IMG/VR virus record: IMGVR_UViG_3300036829_000239
Coordinates: 1 to 55,573 of that record
Direction: 5' to 3' (one strand)
DNA length: 55,573 nucleotides
DNA from: a virus
Lineage: Duplodnaviria; Caudoviricetes
Part shown: in pieces, positions 16,586 to 25,989 of the stretch
Position numbering within the stretch: the stretch's first letter is position 1
Layout: the number at the start of each line of letters is the position of its first letter
Program-made: the position numbers and the translations under genes
The notes under the pieces: generated by a model
Told to the model about the DNA's origin: nothing
The model's database searches: none
The model's input: only the letters and a program-made list of their open reading frames with translations

Positions 16586-16990
16586 GTGGAACAGGCCAGG
16601 AGAGTCCCGGAACCGACCGCCTTGATCGCCGGGCGGGTCAGGGAACTGCGGACCAGGCGCGGGTGGTCCGCCGGCCGGCTGGCTGAGGAGATGCGCGCCG
16701 CCGGCGTCGACTGGAACCGTGGCGTGGTCACGAAGCTGGAGAACGGCTACCGGGAGGACGTGTCCGTCGCCGAGCTGCTGGCGCTGGGGCAGGTGCTCCA
16801 GTGCCCGCCGGTGCACCTCATCGTCCCGCCGGACGCGGACACCTACCGGGTGACGGCAGGCACCGAACTGCCGGCCGCCGCCGCCCGCGACTGGATCAGG
16901 GGGAAAACGGTGCTGTCTGGCCACGAAATCCGCAACTACCTCGCCGAACTGCCGAGGGGGGAGGCGGAGGGCCTGTGGAACACCGTGTAG
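16586..16990 (+). CDS. XRE-family transcriptional regulator
   Basis: RVRELRTRRGWSAGRLA...VVTKLENG.R..VSVAELLALGQVL. Confidence 0.88.
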   Translation: MEQARRVPEPTALIAGRVRELRTRRGWSAGRLAEEMRAAGVDWNRGVVTKLENGYREDVSVAELLALGQVLQCPPVHLIVPPDADTYRVTAGTELPAAAARDWIRGKTVLSGHEIRNYLAELPRGEAEGLWNTV

Positions 16991-17171
16991 CCGTGCTGGA
17001 CGACTGGGACGACGCCTGGCGGGAGGCCGGGGAGTTCCTGGAGGCCGCCAGGAAACGGGACCTGCCGGGCGTGCGGGTGACGGTGAAGCCGGTGAGGCTG
17101 CCCGGCCGGGAACGGCGGGCGCGGAAGGCGTGGGGCGTGTACGTCATCACCCCGGACGGCGGGGGCACGGC

Positions 17172-17399
17172 ATGAGGGTGCCGTTCGGGGCCCTGATGGA
17201 GTTCGCGGCGGCGCTGACGGGCGAGGACGGGAGCAGGACGCTGGGCGAGCTGGCCCGGCAGGCCGGCGAGGAGGACGCGTGGCGCCTCGCCGACGCGATC
17301 GACGCAGTGCAGGTGATGCGCGGCCGGGCCGCGTACATCCGCGTGGCGGAGAGCGCCGGCAAGCCCGCCGCACGTCCCGGGACACGCGAGGACCCGTGA
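17172..17399 (+). CDS. Hypothetical protein
   Basis: Last coupled ORF of rightward early block. Confidence 0.55.
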   Translation: MRVPFGALMEFAAALTGEDGSRTLGELARQAGEEDAWRLADAIDAVQVMRGRAAYIRVAESAGKPAARPGTREDP

Positions 17400-17450
17400 C
17401 AGGGCAGGGAGCCGCCCGGCGGCGGAAACGGGTTCCCGCCGCGGGAACGG
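17343..17450. repeat. ~110-bp element, copy B (inverted relative to 1846..1954)
   Basis: Contains odd palindrome GTTCCCGC-C-GCGGGAAC; hand alignment to copy A about 78% identical. Confidence 0.85.
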
Positions 17451-17818
17451 CCGGCGGGTAAACGGGCGGGCCCCGCCCGGATTGCCCGGCTCAGTCCCGA
17501 TACGGGCGGATATCGTGACCGAGCCGGGCCGGGCCGCCACCTGCGCTGACAGGGGAGCAGGCCCGGTGAGCGCGCGCCGGCGAGGCGGGCGGGCCGGCGC
17601 CCGGGAACCGCAGGCCGGGGCGCCGGCCGGAACACGAACGCACCACACACCCGAGGAGCATCATGTCCTCCGGAGATCATAGCCGCCGCCGCGGCATGCG
17701 CGACCGCGCGGCTACCATGTGTCATGATCGAAGCGCGGGCTCAGACGTGCCGCCTAGCCTGCCCCCCGGACGCCCGACCCACACGTGCGGGGGGCAGGCC
17801 CATCCAGGGGAGCGAACC

Positions 17819-18034
17819 ATGCCAGCGATGCAGGGGCATCTCGTGCAGTGCAACCAGTGCGGCAGGCAGGCCGTCGTCACAGGCGGGCAGAACGTGCACG
17901 ACGCCCTCGACTGCCCGTGCTGCCCCACCTCGACCCACACCCACGCCGGCCCGGACCAGCAGACGGTCACCCCGGCGTGCCGCAACGTCACAGTGCTCGG
18001 CAACGCCGTTGTCGTGCCCGCGCTGGGAGAGTGA
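17819..18034 (+). CDS. Small Cys-rich protein, first gene of virion operon
   Basis: GGGGAG RBS; CNQC, CPCC. Confidence 0.6.
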   Translation: MPAMQGHLVQCNQCGRQAVVTGGQNVHDALDCPCCPTSTHTHAGPDQQTVTPACRNVTVLGNAVVVPALGE

Positions 18035-18037
18035 CCT

Positions 18038-18514
18038 ATGGCCGGCATGACCGACGCCAACGCGACCGGGAACAACCTCGTCCCGTTCCTCCTCCAGCTC
18101 ATCTACGGGTACACCCCCACCTCCGGCACGGCGGTCATCTCCTCCACCGGCACCGGCGCGCCGGCGTCTAAGACGCTGACGCTGCCGTACAAGCTGCGGC
18201 TCACCACCACGTCGCCGACTTCAATTGCCAACGGCGCGGAGCTGACGGGCACCGGGTACACGGCAGGCGGCGCGTCGCTCGGCGCGAGCGCCTTCACCGG
18301 GTTCTCCAGCCGCGTCGTCACCAACGCCAACAGCGTGTCCTGGGCTGTCGGTTCCACCTGGACAGCGGTCACGTCCGCGGAGATCGTGGACTCGACTGCC
18401 ACCCCGCTGCGGCTCGCGTTCGGTGACCTGCTCACGCCCGTCACGGGCGCTGTCAACGGCGACACGGTGTCGTTCGCCGCCTCCAGCATCACGATGACCG
18501 CGACGACGTGGTGA
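18038..18514 (+). CDS. Virion structural protein (fibre-associated)
   Basis: ELTGTGYTAGG...TNANSVSW...GDTVSFAASSIT pattern seen in small phage fibre-associated proteins. Confidence 0.7.
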   Translation: MAGMTDANATGNNLVPFLLQLIYGYTPTSGTAVISSTGTGAPASKTLTLPYKLRLTTTSPTSIANGAELTGTGYTAGGASLGASAFTGFSSRVVTNANSVSWAVGSTWTAVTSAEIVDSTATPLRLAFGDLLTPVTGAVNGDTVSFAASSITMTATTW

Positions 18515-18520
18515 CCTGAC

Positions 18521-19105
18521 GTGTCCGGGTACACGATGAGCCAGGGCGAGGTGCTGTGGGCATCCGCGCAGGCCGGCACCAACGACACGTACGCGGCCGG
18601 CACCGAGCAGTCCCTGATGGGCGGCCTGGCGCCGTGCGTGATCCCCGCGTTCTACTTCCTGAACAACACCTCCGTCGGGCGGACGCTGAAGCTGCGCGCC
18701 TCGGGGCTGATCACCTGCGTCTCGGCGGTCACCTGGACGTGGAACGTGCGGCTGTTCCCCACCAACACGTTCGCCGCCGGCGGCGGCATCGCGCTCGGCG
18801 CGACCCCGGCGCTGACCGCCCCCTCGGCGGTCACGCTGGCGCCGTGGTTCATGGACGTGGACATCGTGATGCGGAACGTCAACGCGGGCGCCGCGTCGGT
18901 GATCTGCGCGCAGGGCGAGGTCCGGTCCACGACGGGCCTGGCTTCCCCGTTCGGCGGGCCGATGCCGCCGGCGAACACCTCACCGCAGAACAGCACCTAC
19001 GACAACTCGCTGAACTACTTCCTGCACGTCACCCTGGCGTCCAGCTCGGCGTCGGCGTCCAACCTGGCGAACCTGCAGATGGCGAAGCTGTACGGCGAGA
19101 ACTGA
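18521..19105 (+). CDS. Putative virion structural protein
   Basis: Beta-rich Ala/Thr/Ser composition; position in operon. Confidence 0.65.
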   Translation: MSGYTMSQGEVLWASAQAGTNDTYAAGTEQSLMGGLAPCVIPAFYFLNNTSVGRTLKLRASGLITCVSAVTWTWNVRLFPTNTFAAGGGIALGATPALTAPSAVTLAPWFMDVDIVMRNVNAGAASVICAQGEVRSTTGLASPFGGPMPPANTSPQNSTYDNSLNYFLHVTLASSSASASNLANLQMAKLYGEN

Positions 19106-19140
19106 CCTGAGGTGGACCTGACGGGCTGAGGCGGTGAGGC

Positions 19141-22100
19141 ATGGCGTTCAACGTCACCGCCACGTTCGGCACCGCCACTGACGGGGGGCTGCTCCGCGTC
19201 CTCGCGCTGACCGGCGCGGTCGAGGGCGGCGGCGCGGCGGCCGGGGCGTTCGCGTCGTCCGGCGCGGCGAAGTCCGTCATCACCCCGGTCTTCACCAACT
19301 CCTACATCGTCTACGTCAACGACTACGACAACTCCGGCACCGCCGGCACGTTCCTCGCGAACACCACGGCGATCGACAACCTGCACGTCGGCACCGTCGG
19401 GGAGTACACCGGGTTCTTCAACGGCACCGTCACCGCCGGCGCCGCCACCGCGGCGATCGGCGTGTCCGCGCCGACCGGGATCAACGGCTGGTGCCTGTAC
19501 GAGGTGCCGTCCAGCGGCGGGTCGACCCCGGTGCGGGACACCGTCAACGAGCCGGCGGCGCCGGCGTCGGCGTCCACCGGCACGTCGCTGACCGTGACGA
19601 CAGCGGGGAACTTCGCGGCCGGCACCGTGCTGGTCGCGCTGGTCGTGTGGGACGAGAACGGCGCCACCCCGGTTGCGCCGGCGGTGTCCGACACGTCCGG
19701 GCTCGGGCTGGCGTGGACGCTGCGCCGGCAGGCGGCCGGCGGCGACACCAGCTCGTGGATCTACACCGCGACGGTGCCGGCCGCCGCCGCGCCTCCCGCC
19801 GGCCGCCGCCAGCCCGGCGGCCGGCGGTACCGCCGGCGGTACCGCCGGCGGCAGCAGCCGGTCACGCCGGCGGCGGCGGCGGCCGGCACCACCTGGAACG
19901 GGGCCGCGTCCTGGGCCGGCACCGGCGCGCTCACCGCCGCAGCCGCGACCGCCCGGCCGCGCGCCGCGGCGCTGTCCGGCACCGGCGCGCTCGCCGCGGC
20001 GGGGGCCAAGACGGTGCCCGGCGCGGTCGGCTGGACGGGTACGGGCAGCCTCACCGCGGCCGGCACGCATGCCGGGGCGGCCGTCACGCTGGCCGCCGGC
20101 ACCCCGGTCGGCACCCAGCTCAGCACCAGCAACGCGTCCGCGATCACCGGCGCGTACGGGCAGACCCCGGCCGCCGGGAACCTGCTCGTTGCCGTGTACA
20201 CCGCCGCCGCGCTCGGCACCGGGGCGATGTCGGAGACGGTCACGCCGTCCGGGTGGGCGCCGCTGCTCGCCGGGCCGGTCTTCAACGCCACCGCCGGCTC
20301 CTCGAACACGTTCACCGACGCGTGGGTGCGGACCGCGACCGGCACCGGCACGGACCCGGCGCCGCAGTTCAACTTCGCCGGCGGCTCCGGGCACAAGCTG
20401 CAGACCGTCACCATCTTCGAGCTGGCCGGCGCGAACACCGCGTCGCCGCTGGACGACTCCGCCGCCTACCAGTCCGGCGGGTCCGCGGCCACCGTCGCCT
20501 TCTCGGTGACGACGGCCGGCGCCCCGGCCGGGCCGGGCGAATTCGCGATCTCCGCGTTCACGCAGGCCGACTCCGCCGTCGCGCAGGCGTGGACGGAGGG
20601 CAGCGGCTTCACCCCGGCGGCGTTCTACCAGTCCGGCACCAACGAGCTGGCCGCGCAGGTCAACTACAAGACAGCCCCGGCCGCCGGCGGGCCGGTCACC
20701 GACTCCGGCCAGTTCACCGCGAACACGTCGTCGTTCGGCGCCGGGCTGCTGCTCATGATCGCCGGGTCCGGGGCCGCCGCCCACCACGGCACGGCGGCAT
20801 GGGCGGGCACCGGCACGCTCGCCGCGGCGGGGGCCAAGACCGCCCCGGGCGCGGCCGGCTGGTCGGGCACCGGCACGCTGACCGCGGCCGGGGCGACCGT
20901 CCGGCCGCGCGCCGCCGGGTGGACGGGTGCCGGCACCGCCACCGTCACCGGGAACACGGCCCGGCCGCGCGCCGCCGCGTGGTCCGGCACCGGGTCCTCC
21001 GCGGCGGCCGGGCAGAAGACGGCCCCGGGTGCCGCCGGCTGGGTCGGCAGCGGGACGCTCACCCCGCAGCCGTCCGTCACCCGCACCCGCACCGCGGCGC
21101 TGTCCGGCGCCGGCACCTGGTCCGCCGCCGCCGTGCACTCCGCCGGCCACCCCGCCGCCGCCGCCTGGGCGGGCACCGGGACGCTCGCCACCGCCGGCCA
21201 GACCGCCCGGCCGCGCGCCGCATCATGGACGGGCGCCGGGTCGCTGGCCGCGGCCGGCGCCAAGACCGTCCCCGGCGCCGCCGCGTGGACCGGCGCCGGC
21301 AGCTGGACGGCCGCCGGCCAGGCCGCCCGGGCACGCGCCGCGGCGTGGACGGGGACGGGCACGCTGGCCGCCGCCGGGACGCGGACAGCCGGCATCACCC
21401 GCGTGCAGGACGTGTCCACCGGCAAGCTCACCACCCACACCGCGTCGTACACCATCCCCGTCACCTCGGCCGCCGGCCACGTGCTGACGCTGGCCACCGA
21501 GGCCTACCACAACGCGAACACGCCGTTCACCATCACCTCCGTCACCGACAGCGCCGGCAACACCTGGCGGTACCCCGCCGCGCAGAACAGCCAGAACCCG
21601 CCGTCCGCCGGCAGCTTCTACGCGGCCGGCGGGTACACGGCGCTCGCCGCCGTCGCCTGCTGCCTGAACGGCGACCAGGGCTCCGGGCAGGTGCAGGCCG
21701 TCACCCAGGTCACCGTCACGTTCTCCGTCGCCCTGTCCAACGGGGTGCTGTTCACCGTGCAGGAGTGGGGCAGCATCCCCGCCGGCCTGACCGTCGACGC
21801 CGCGGCGTCGTCCAGCACCCAGGCGACGGCGGCGAGCCTGGCGACCCCGGCGCTGACCCTCGCCGGCGGCAACGACATCGTGGTGGCCGAGGCGGCCGAA
21901 AACGTCGGCTGGACGTCGGTCGACGCGCCGTTCACGATGGTGGCCGGCTCGGACACCGGGTGGGTCATCACCAGCGCCGCCGGGACGGCGCAGGCCACCT
22001 TCCGGGGTACCAGCCAGGTGTACGAGGCGGCTGCGATCCTCGGCCTCGGCGTGGCCGGCGCCGGCCACGCCGCGACCGCGGCGTGGTCCGGGACGGGCAC

Positions 22101-23238
22101 GCTCGCCGCCGCGGCGGGCACGGCCCGGCCGCGCGCCGCGGCGTGGTCCGGGACCGGGACGGCCGCGGTCGCCGGCAGCACCACCCGCGTCCGCACCGCA
22201 TCGTGGCAGGGCACAGGATCACTGGCGGCCACGGCCCACAAGGCCATCCCCGGCGCGGCTGCCTGGAACGGCACGGGCACGTGGACGGCGGCCGCCGTCC
22301 ATTCCGGCCAGCACCCCGCCGCGGCGCCGTGGAGCGGCACCGGCGCGATGGCCGCCGCCGGCGGCACCACCCGGACGCGGACGGCAGCCTGGTCCGGCAC
22401 GGGCGCGCTCAGCCTTGCCCCGCATACCGCCCGGCCGCGCACCGCATCATGGGCCGGGACCGGCACACTGGGCGGGACGGCGCACAAGGCCGTCCCCGGC
22501 GCCGCCGCCTGGACGGGGGCCGGCAGCGCCGCGTTCAACGGCGTGCACTCCGGCCTGCACCCGGCGTCCGCGGCGTGGTCCGGCACCGGGCAGCTCACCG
22601 CCGGGCAGTCCGTCACCCGCGCCCGCACGGCCGGCTGGTCCGGCGCCGGCACCCTGACGGCCACCGCGCACAAGCAGGTCCCCGGCGCGGCCACCTGGAC
22701 GGGCGCCGGCACGCTCGCCGCGGCGGGAAGCAAGACCGTCCCCGGCGCGGCGGCCTGGTCCGGCACCGGCACCCTGACGGCCGCCGCCGTCCACTCCGGC
22801 ACGCACGCCGCGGCGGCGGCGTGGGCCGGGTCCGGGTCGCTCACCGCGGCCGGGCACAAGCAGGTGCCCGGCGCGGCGCAGTGGTCCGGGTCCGGGTCGC
22901 TCGGCGGTACCGGGCACAAGACGGCACCGGGCACCGCGCTGCTCACCGGTGCCGGCACGATGACAACCGGCCGGGTCGTCACCCGCAGGCGCACCGCCGC
23001 GTGGACGGGCGCCGGCACCCTGCACCTCACCTCCGTCGTCACCCAGCCGTCCACCCGGCTCGGCGGCCTCGCGGCCGGCGCGCCGCACGGCCGGTGGGCG
23101 GCCGGGGCACCCCGCGGCCGGTGGGCGGCCGGGGCACCCCGCGGCGGCGGCTGGGGAACTGACGGGGAGCCGCACGGGCGTTACGCTGCCAGTAGCCCGC
23201 ACGGCAGGTGGGCCGCCGGCGGAGAGCCGCACAGCTAG
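19141..23238 (+). CDS. 1365-aa repeat-rich fibre/adhesin-like protein
   Basis: About 30 copies of a ~20-aa AAAW(S/T)G(T/A)G(T/S)L repeat in three tracts separated by globular domains. Confidence 0.8.
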   Translation: MAFNVTATFGTATDGGLLRVLALTGAVEGGGAAAGAFASSGAAKSVITPVFTNSYIVYVNDYDNSGTAGTFLANTTAIDNLHVGTVGEYTGFFNGTVTAGAATAAIGVSAPTGINGWCLYEVPSSGGSTPVRDTVNEPAAPASASTGTSLTVTTAGNFAAGTVLVALVVWDENGATPVAPAVSDTSGLGLAWTLRRQAAGGDTSSWIYTATVPAAAAPPAGRRQPGGRRYRRRYRRRQQPVTPAAAAAGTTWNGAASWAGTGALTAAAATARPRAAALSGTGALAAAGAKTVPGAVGWTGTGSLTAAGTHAGAAVTLAAGTPVGTQLSTSNASAITGAYGQTPAAGNLLVAVYTAAALGTGAMSETVTPSGWAPLLAGPVFNATAGSSNTFTDAWVRTATGTGTDPAPQFNFAGGSGHKLQTVTIFELAGANTASPLDDSAAYQSGGSAATVAFSVTTAGAPAGPGEFAISAFTQADSAVAQAWTEGSGFTPAAFYQSGTNELAAQVNYKTAPAAGGPVTDSGQFTANTSSFGAGLLLMIAGSGAAAHHGTAAWAGTGTLAAAGAKTAPGAAGWSGTGTLTAAGATVRPRAAGWTGAGTATVTGNTARPRAAAWSGTGSSAAAGQKTAPGAAGWVGSGTLTPQPSVTRTRTAALSGAGTWSAAAVHSAGHPAAAAWAGTGTLATAGQTARPRAASWTGAGSLAAAGAKTVPGAAAWTGAGSWTAAGQAARARAAAWTGTGTLAAAGTRTAGITRVQDVSTGKLTTHTASYTIPVTSAAGHVLTLATEAYHNANTPFTITSVTDSAGNTWRYPAAQNSQNPPSAGSFYAAGGYTALAAVACCLNGDQGSGQVQAVTQVTVTFSVALSNGVLFTVQEWGSIPAGLTVDAAASSSTQATAASLATPALTLAGGNDIVVAEAAENVGWTSVDAPFTMVAGSDTGWVITSAAGTAQATFRGTSQVYEAAAILGLGVAGAGHAATAAWSGTGTLAAAAGTARPRAAAWSGTGTAAVAGSTTRVRTASWQGTGSLAATAHKAIPGAAAWNGTGTWTAAAVHSGQHPAAAPWSGTGAMAAAGGTTRTRTAAWSGTGALSLAPHTARPRTASWAGTGTLGGTAHKAVPGAAAWTGAGSAAFNGVHSGLHPASAAWSGTGQLTAGQSVTRARTAGWSGAGTLTATAHKQVPGAATWTGAGTLAAAGSKTVPGAAAWSGTGTLTAAAVHSGTHAAAAAWAGSGSLTAAGHKQVPGAAQWSGSGSLGGTGHKTAPGTALLTGAGTMTTGRVVTRRRTAAWTGAGTLHLTSVVTQPSTRLGGLAAGAPHGRWAAGAPRGRWAAGAPRGGGWGTDGEPHGRYAASSPHGRWAAGGEPHS

Positions 23239-23248
23239 GAGCAGCGCC

Positions 23249-23530
23249 ATGCTCGTCCTGTCCACGTCCACCGAGTACCTGCTGATCCCGCTGACCGGCC
23301 CGGTGTCCGACCTCACCGCGTACCCGGTGAAGATCGCGCTGGTGCCGGCGGGCGGCGGCGAGCCCGCCGACGGCGACTACCAGGCCGCGCAGTGGATCGG
23401 CGGCGAGGCTGCGATCCTCCTGTCCGGCTTCGCGCCCGGCGAGTACATGGCGTACACCCGCATCCAGGCGTCCCCGGAAGACGTCCGGCTGGCCGCCGGC
23501 CGGGTCCGGATCGGGGACGCCCGGATGTGA
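23249..23530 (+). CDS. Small putative structural protein
   Basis: AGGAG RBS; beta-rich. Confidence 0.7.
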   Translation: MLVLSTSTEYLLIPLTGPVSDLTAYPVKIALVPAGGGEPADGDYQAAQWIGGEAAILLSGFAPGEYMAYTRIQASPEDVRLAAGRVRIGDARM

Positions 23531-23539
23531 GCGGCGGTG

Positions 23540-23644
23540 CCCGGGGCTTAGCCTGGGGGGCGGGCGTGGCGACCTGAAGCCGCGGGCGGGACTGATCACC
23601 CGCCGCCACGCCCGCTAACCTTCAGTGCTGGCCTAGTCCCCGGG
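23540..23644 (+). ncRNA. Putative structured RNA element
   Basis: Nested helices CCCGGGG/CCCCGGG, 12-bp GCGGGCGTGGCG/CGCCACGCCCGC, GCGGG/CCCGC; CTGAAG/CTTCAG pseudoknot possible. Confidence 0.45.
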
Positions 23645-23664
23645 AGGCGGGTTACGATGCGTTC

Positions 23665-23738
23665 CGCGGAGTGCAGCAGTGCGGAAGCCGGCCCGGTTCA
23701 TGTCCGGGATGCCGCGGGTTCAAATCCCGTCTCCGCAA
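23665..23738 (+). tRNA. tRNA-Met(CAT), initiator-like, atypical
   Basis: Acceptor CGCGGAG/CTCCGCA with C1:A72 mismatch; anticodon arm CCCGG-TTCATGT-CCGGG; T-loop TTCAAAT; TACGAT -10-like 6 nt upstream; CCA not encoded. Confidence 0.8.
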
Positions 23739-23796
23739 CCGGCGGCCCGCGCGCCGGCCGCCCCCCCGCGCCGGCGCCGGCCGCCACCCCGCTGCC

Positions 23797-25377
23797 GTGA
23801 CCGCCGCGCTCGGCTCCCCCTGGGAGTACGTGGCCCGCGCGTTCCTCCCCAGGCCCCGCCGGTACGCCGACCCCGGGCACGTGGCCGCCGCGCTGGACCC
23901 GCGCAGGCACGGGTCCACGCCCGCCCTCGGCCTGATCGACCGGGCGCTGGTGCAGCTGATGGAGCCGGACTCCGGCGCCAACGCGCTCGCCGTGTTCCTC
24001 CCGCCGCAGGAAGGCAAGAGCCAGAAGTGCTCCCGGCGGTTCCCCGAATACCTGCTCGACCACGACCCGTCGCTGCGGATCGCGATCGTAAGTTACGAGC
24101 AGGACACCGCGCTGCGGTGGGGCCGGGACATCAAGCAGGACGTCGCGCTGCACCCGTGCCGGGACGCGGCGCCGGAGGAATGCCGGCGGGACTGCGGCGG
24201 CCTGCACATCTCCATCCGCCGGGACTCGGCCGCCGCCGGGCGGTGGGAAACCCCCGCCGGCGGCGGCGTCTACTGCGTCGGCGTCGGCGGGCCGCTCACC
24301 GGCAGGCCGGTCGACGTGCTGATCGTCGACGACCCGGTGAAAGACCGGGTGGCCGCCGAGTCGCCGACGATCCGGCAGACGGCGTGGGACTGGTGGGAGT
24401 CGGTCGCCCTCACCCGGCTCGCCCCCGGCGCGAAAGTGGTGCTGATCCAGACCCGCTGGCACGAGGACGACCTGGCCGGCCGGATCCTGTCCCGGCCGTC
24501 GCCGCTGAACTGGCGGGTGCTCCGCATCCCCGCGATCGCCGACGCCGGCGACGACCCGCTCGGCCGGGTGCAGGGGCAGGAGCTGGAGTCGGTCCGGCAC
24601 CGGGCACCCGGCTACTTCGCGAACCTGAAGGCGAACATGTCCGCCTACGTGTTCTCCGGCGTCTACCAGCAGTCCCCGGCGGCGGCGGAGGGCAACTTCT
24701 TCCGCCGGGCCACGTTCCGGTACTGGCGGTGGATGGAGCCGTGGACGGACGGCCGGGAGCGGATCTGGCTGGAGGACCACGAGGTCACCCTGGCCGACAC
24801 CTGGCGGTTCATCACGATGGACTTCGCCGCGTCGGTCAAGACCGGCTCCGACTACACGGTCGCCTCCGCGTGGGCGATCTCGCAGGCCGGCGACCTGGTC
24901 CTGCTGGACCGCCGCCGGGACCGGGTCCCGGACCACGCGCACTTCCAGCTTGCCGAGGGGCTGCGCACCCAGTGGGCGGTCGGCCAGGTGTACGTCGAGT
25001 CGAACTACTGGTCGTCCACGTTCGTGTCCGACGCCCGGGACCGGGGCGTGCCGGTCGCGCAGCTCCGCGCGGACACCGACAAGGTCACCCGGGCGATCCC
25101 CGCCGCCGGCCGGGTGCACTCCGGCAAGGTGTTCTTCCCCGCCGAGGTCCCGTGGGCGGAGGAGTGGGCCGACGAGCTGGCGATCTTCCCCCGCGGCGCG
25201 CACGACGACCAGGTCGACACCCTCGCCTACGCGGCGCGCATCGCCGTCGCCGAGTGGACGCCGGCCGCGACCCCGCCGCGCCCGGGACTGACCGCTGAGG
25301 AACGGACGGTCGCCGCCGCGCACACCGCGCACACCGGCGGCGGCGGTGACCTGGACATCATGAACGTGCCCTGGTGA
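23797..25377 (+). CDS. terL: Terminase large subunit
   Basis: PPQEGKS Walker A, LIVDDPVKD Walker B, QTRWHEDDLAG, HDDQVD; start uncertain. Confidence 0.95.
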   Translation: MTAALGSPWEYVARAFLPRPRRYADPGHVAAALDPRRHGSTPALGLIDRALVQLMEPDSGANALAVFLPPQEGKSQKCSRRFPEYLLDHDPSLRIAIVSYEQDTALRWGRDIKQDVALHPCRDAAPEECRRDCGGLHISIRRDSAAAGRWETPAGGGVYCVGVGGPLTGRPVDVLIVDDPVKDRVAAESPTIRQTAWDWWESVALTRLAPGAKVVLIQTRWHEDDLAGRILSRPSPLNWRVLRIPAIADAGDDPLGRVQGQELESVRHRAPGYFANLKANMSAYVFSGVYQQSPAAAEGNFFRRATFRYWRWMEPWTDGRERIWLEDHEVTLADTWRFITMDFAASVKTGSDYTVASAWAISQAGDLVLLDRRRDRVPDHAHFQLAEGLRTQWAVGQVYVESNYWSSTFVSDARDRGVPVAQLRADTDKVTRAIPAAGRVHSGKVFFPAEVPWAEEWADELAIFPRGAHDDQVDTLAYAARIAVAEWTPAATPPRPGLTAEERTVAAAHTAHTGGGGDLDIMNVPW

Positions 25378-25407
25378 CGGGGGCGTGACCTACGCTGGTG
25401 GGGACGG

Positions 25408-25947
25408 TCAGGTCGTCCCTATTGAGGGCGGGGTGGTGCTGTGGCGGGCACGATAACGCGCCGCGCGTTCCCTGGCCTTGGCCCTGATCCGTTCAGCCTT
25501 AGCCGGGTCTTGCATGTCGCGGTGGTACGTGGCCGCGACCCTCTCGCGGTTGCAGGTGGCGCACTCCCGGCCGCCTCGGGATCGGTCGATAAGGTTGCCC
25601 TCCACAAGCGGGTGTCCCTTGGGACAGCACTCAGCCTGCGCCCGCGCAGCCGCCGAGGTATTTCCGCGCAGAAGATTCACGCGGTGGGTCACGGGCTCAA
25701 GGTGCGCCGGATTAGAGCAGCAGCGCCACCTGCACCCGTTCGCCGCCACGTGGTCGAGTTCCAGCCCGTCAGGTACCGGCCCGACCAGCAGCCGGTACAC
25801 GACGATGTGTATCCGGTCGGAACGCCCCTCCCAGTGGACACGCCCGTAGCCTGCCGGGTCGCAGTACCCTGTCCATATCCAGCAGCCGGTCAGCAAGTCG
25901 ACGTGCATGTTCGCGGTAATACGCTGCGGAAGCTCTCTCGGTATCAC
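25408..25947 (-). CDS. Free-standing HNH homing endonuclease
   Basis: GCWIWTG...GYG...LDH...CSNPAHLEPVT..VN...CPKGH..RECATC; lower GC; probably leaderless after TACTAT. Confidence 0.9.
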   Translation of the reverse strand: MIPRELPQRITANMHVDLLTGCWIWTGYCDPAGYGRVHWEGRSDRIHIVVYRLLVGPVPDGLELDHVAANGCRWRCCSNPAHLEPVTHRVNLLRGNTSAAARAQAECCPKGHPLVEGNLIDRSRGGRECATCNRERVAATYHRDMQDPAKAERIRAKARERAARYRARHSTTPPSIGTT

Positions 25948-25989
25948 GTATGGATAGTACGTGACTATGTAGAGGGGAGGTGATGCCGA

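Noticed and set aside
19141-23238. Possible diversity-generating retroelement or shufflon target
   Set aside because: No reverse transcriptase, invertase or adenine-specific TR/VR pair seen in the window
23741-23785. Hairpin after the tRNA considered as a theta/HDV-like ribozyme
   Set aside because: Folds as a simple nested hairpin; P1.1 and P2 pseudoknot elements not found
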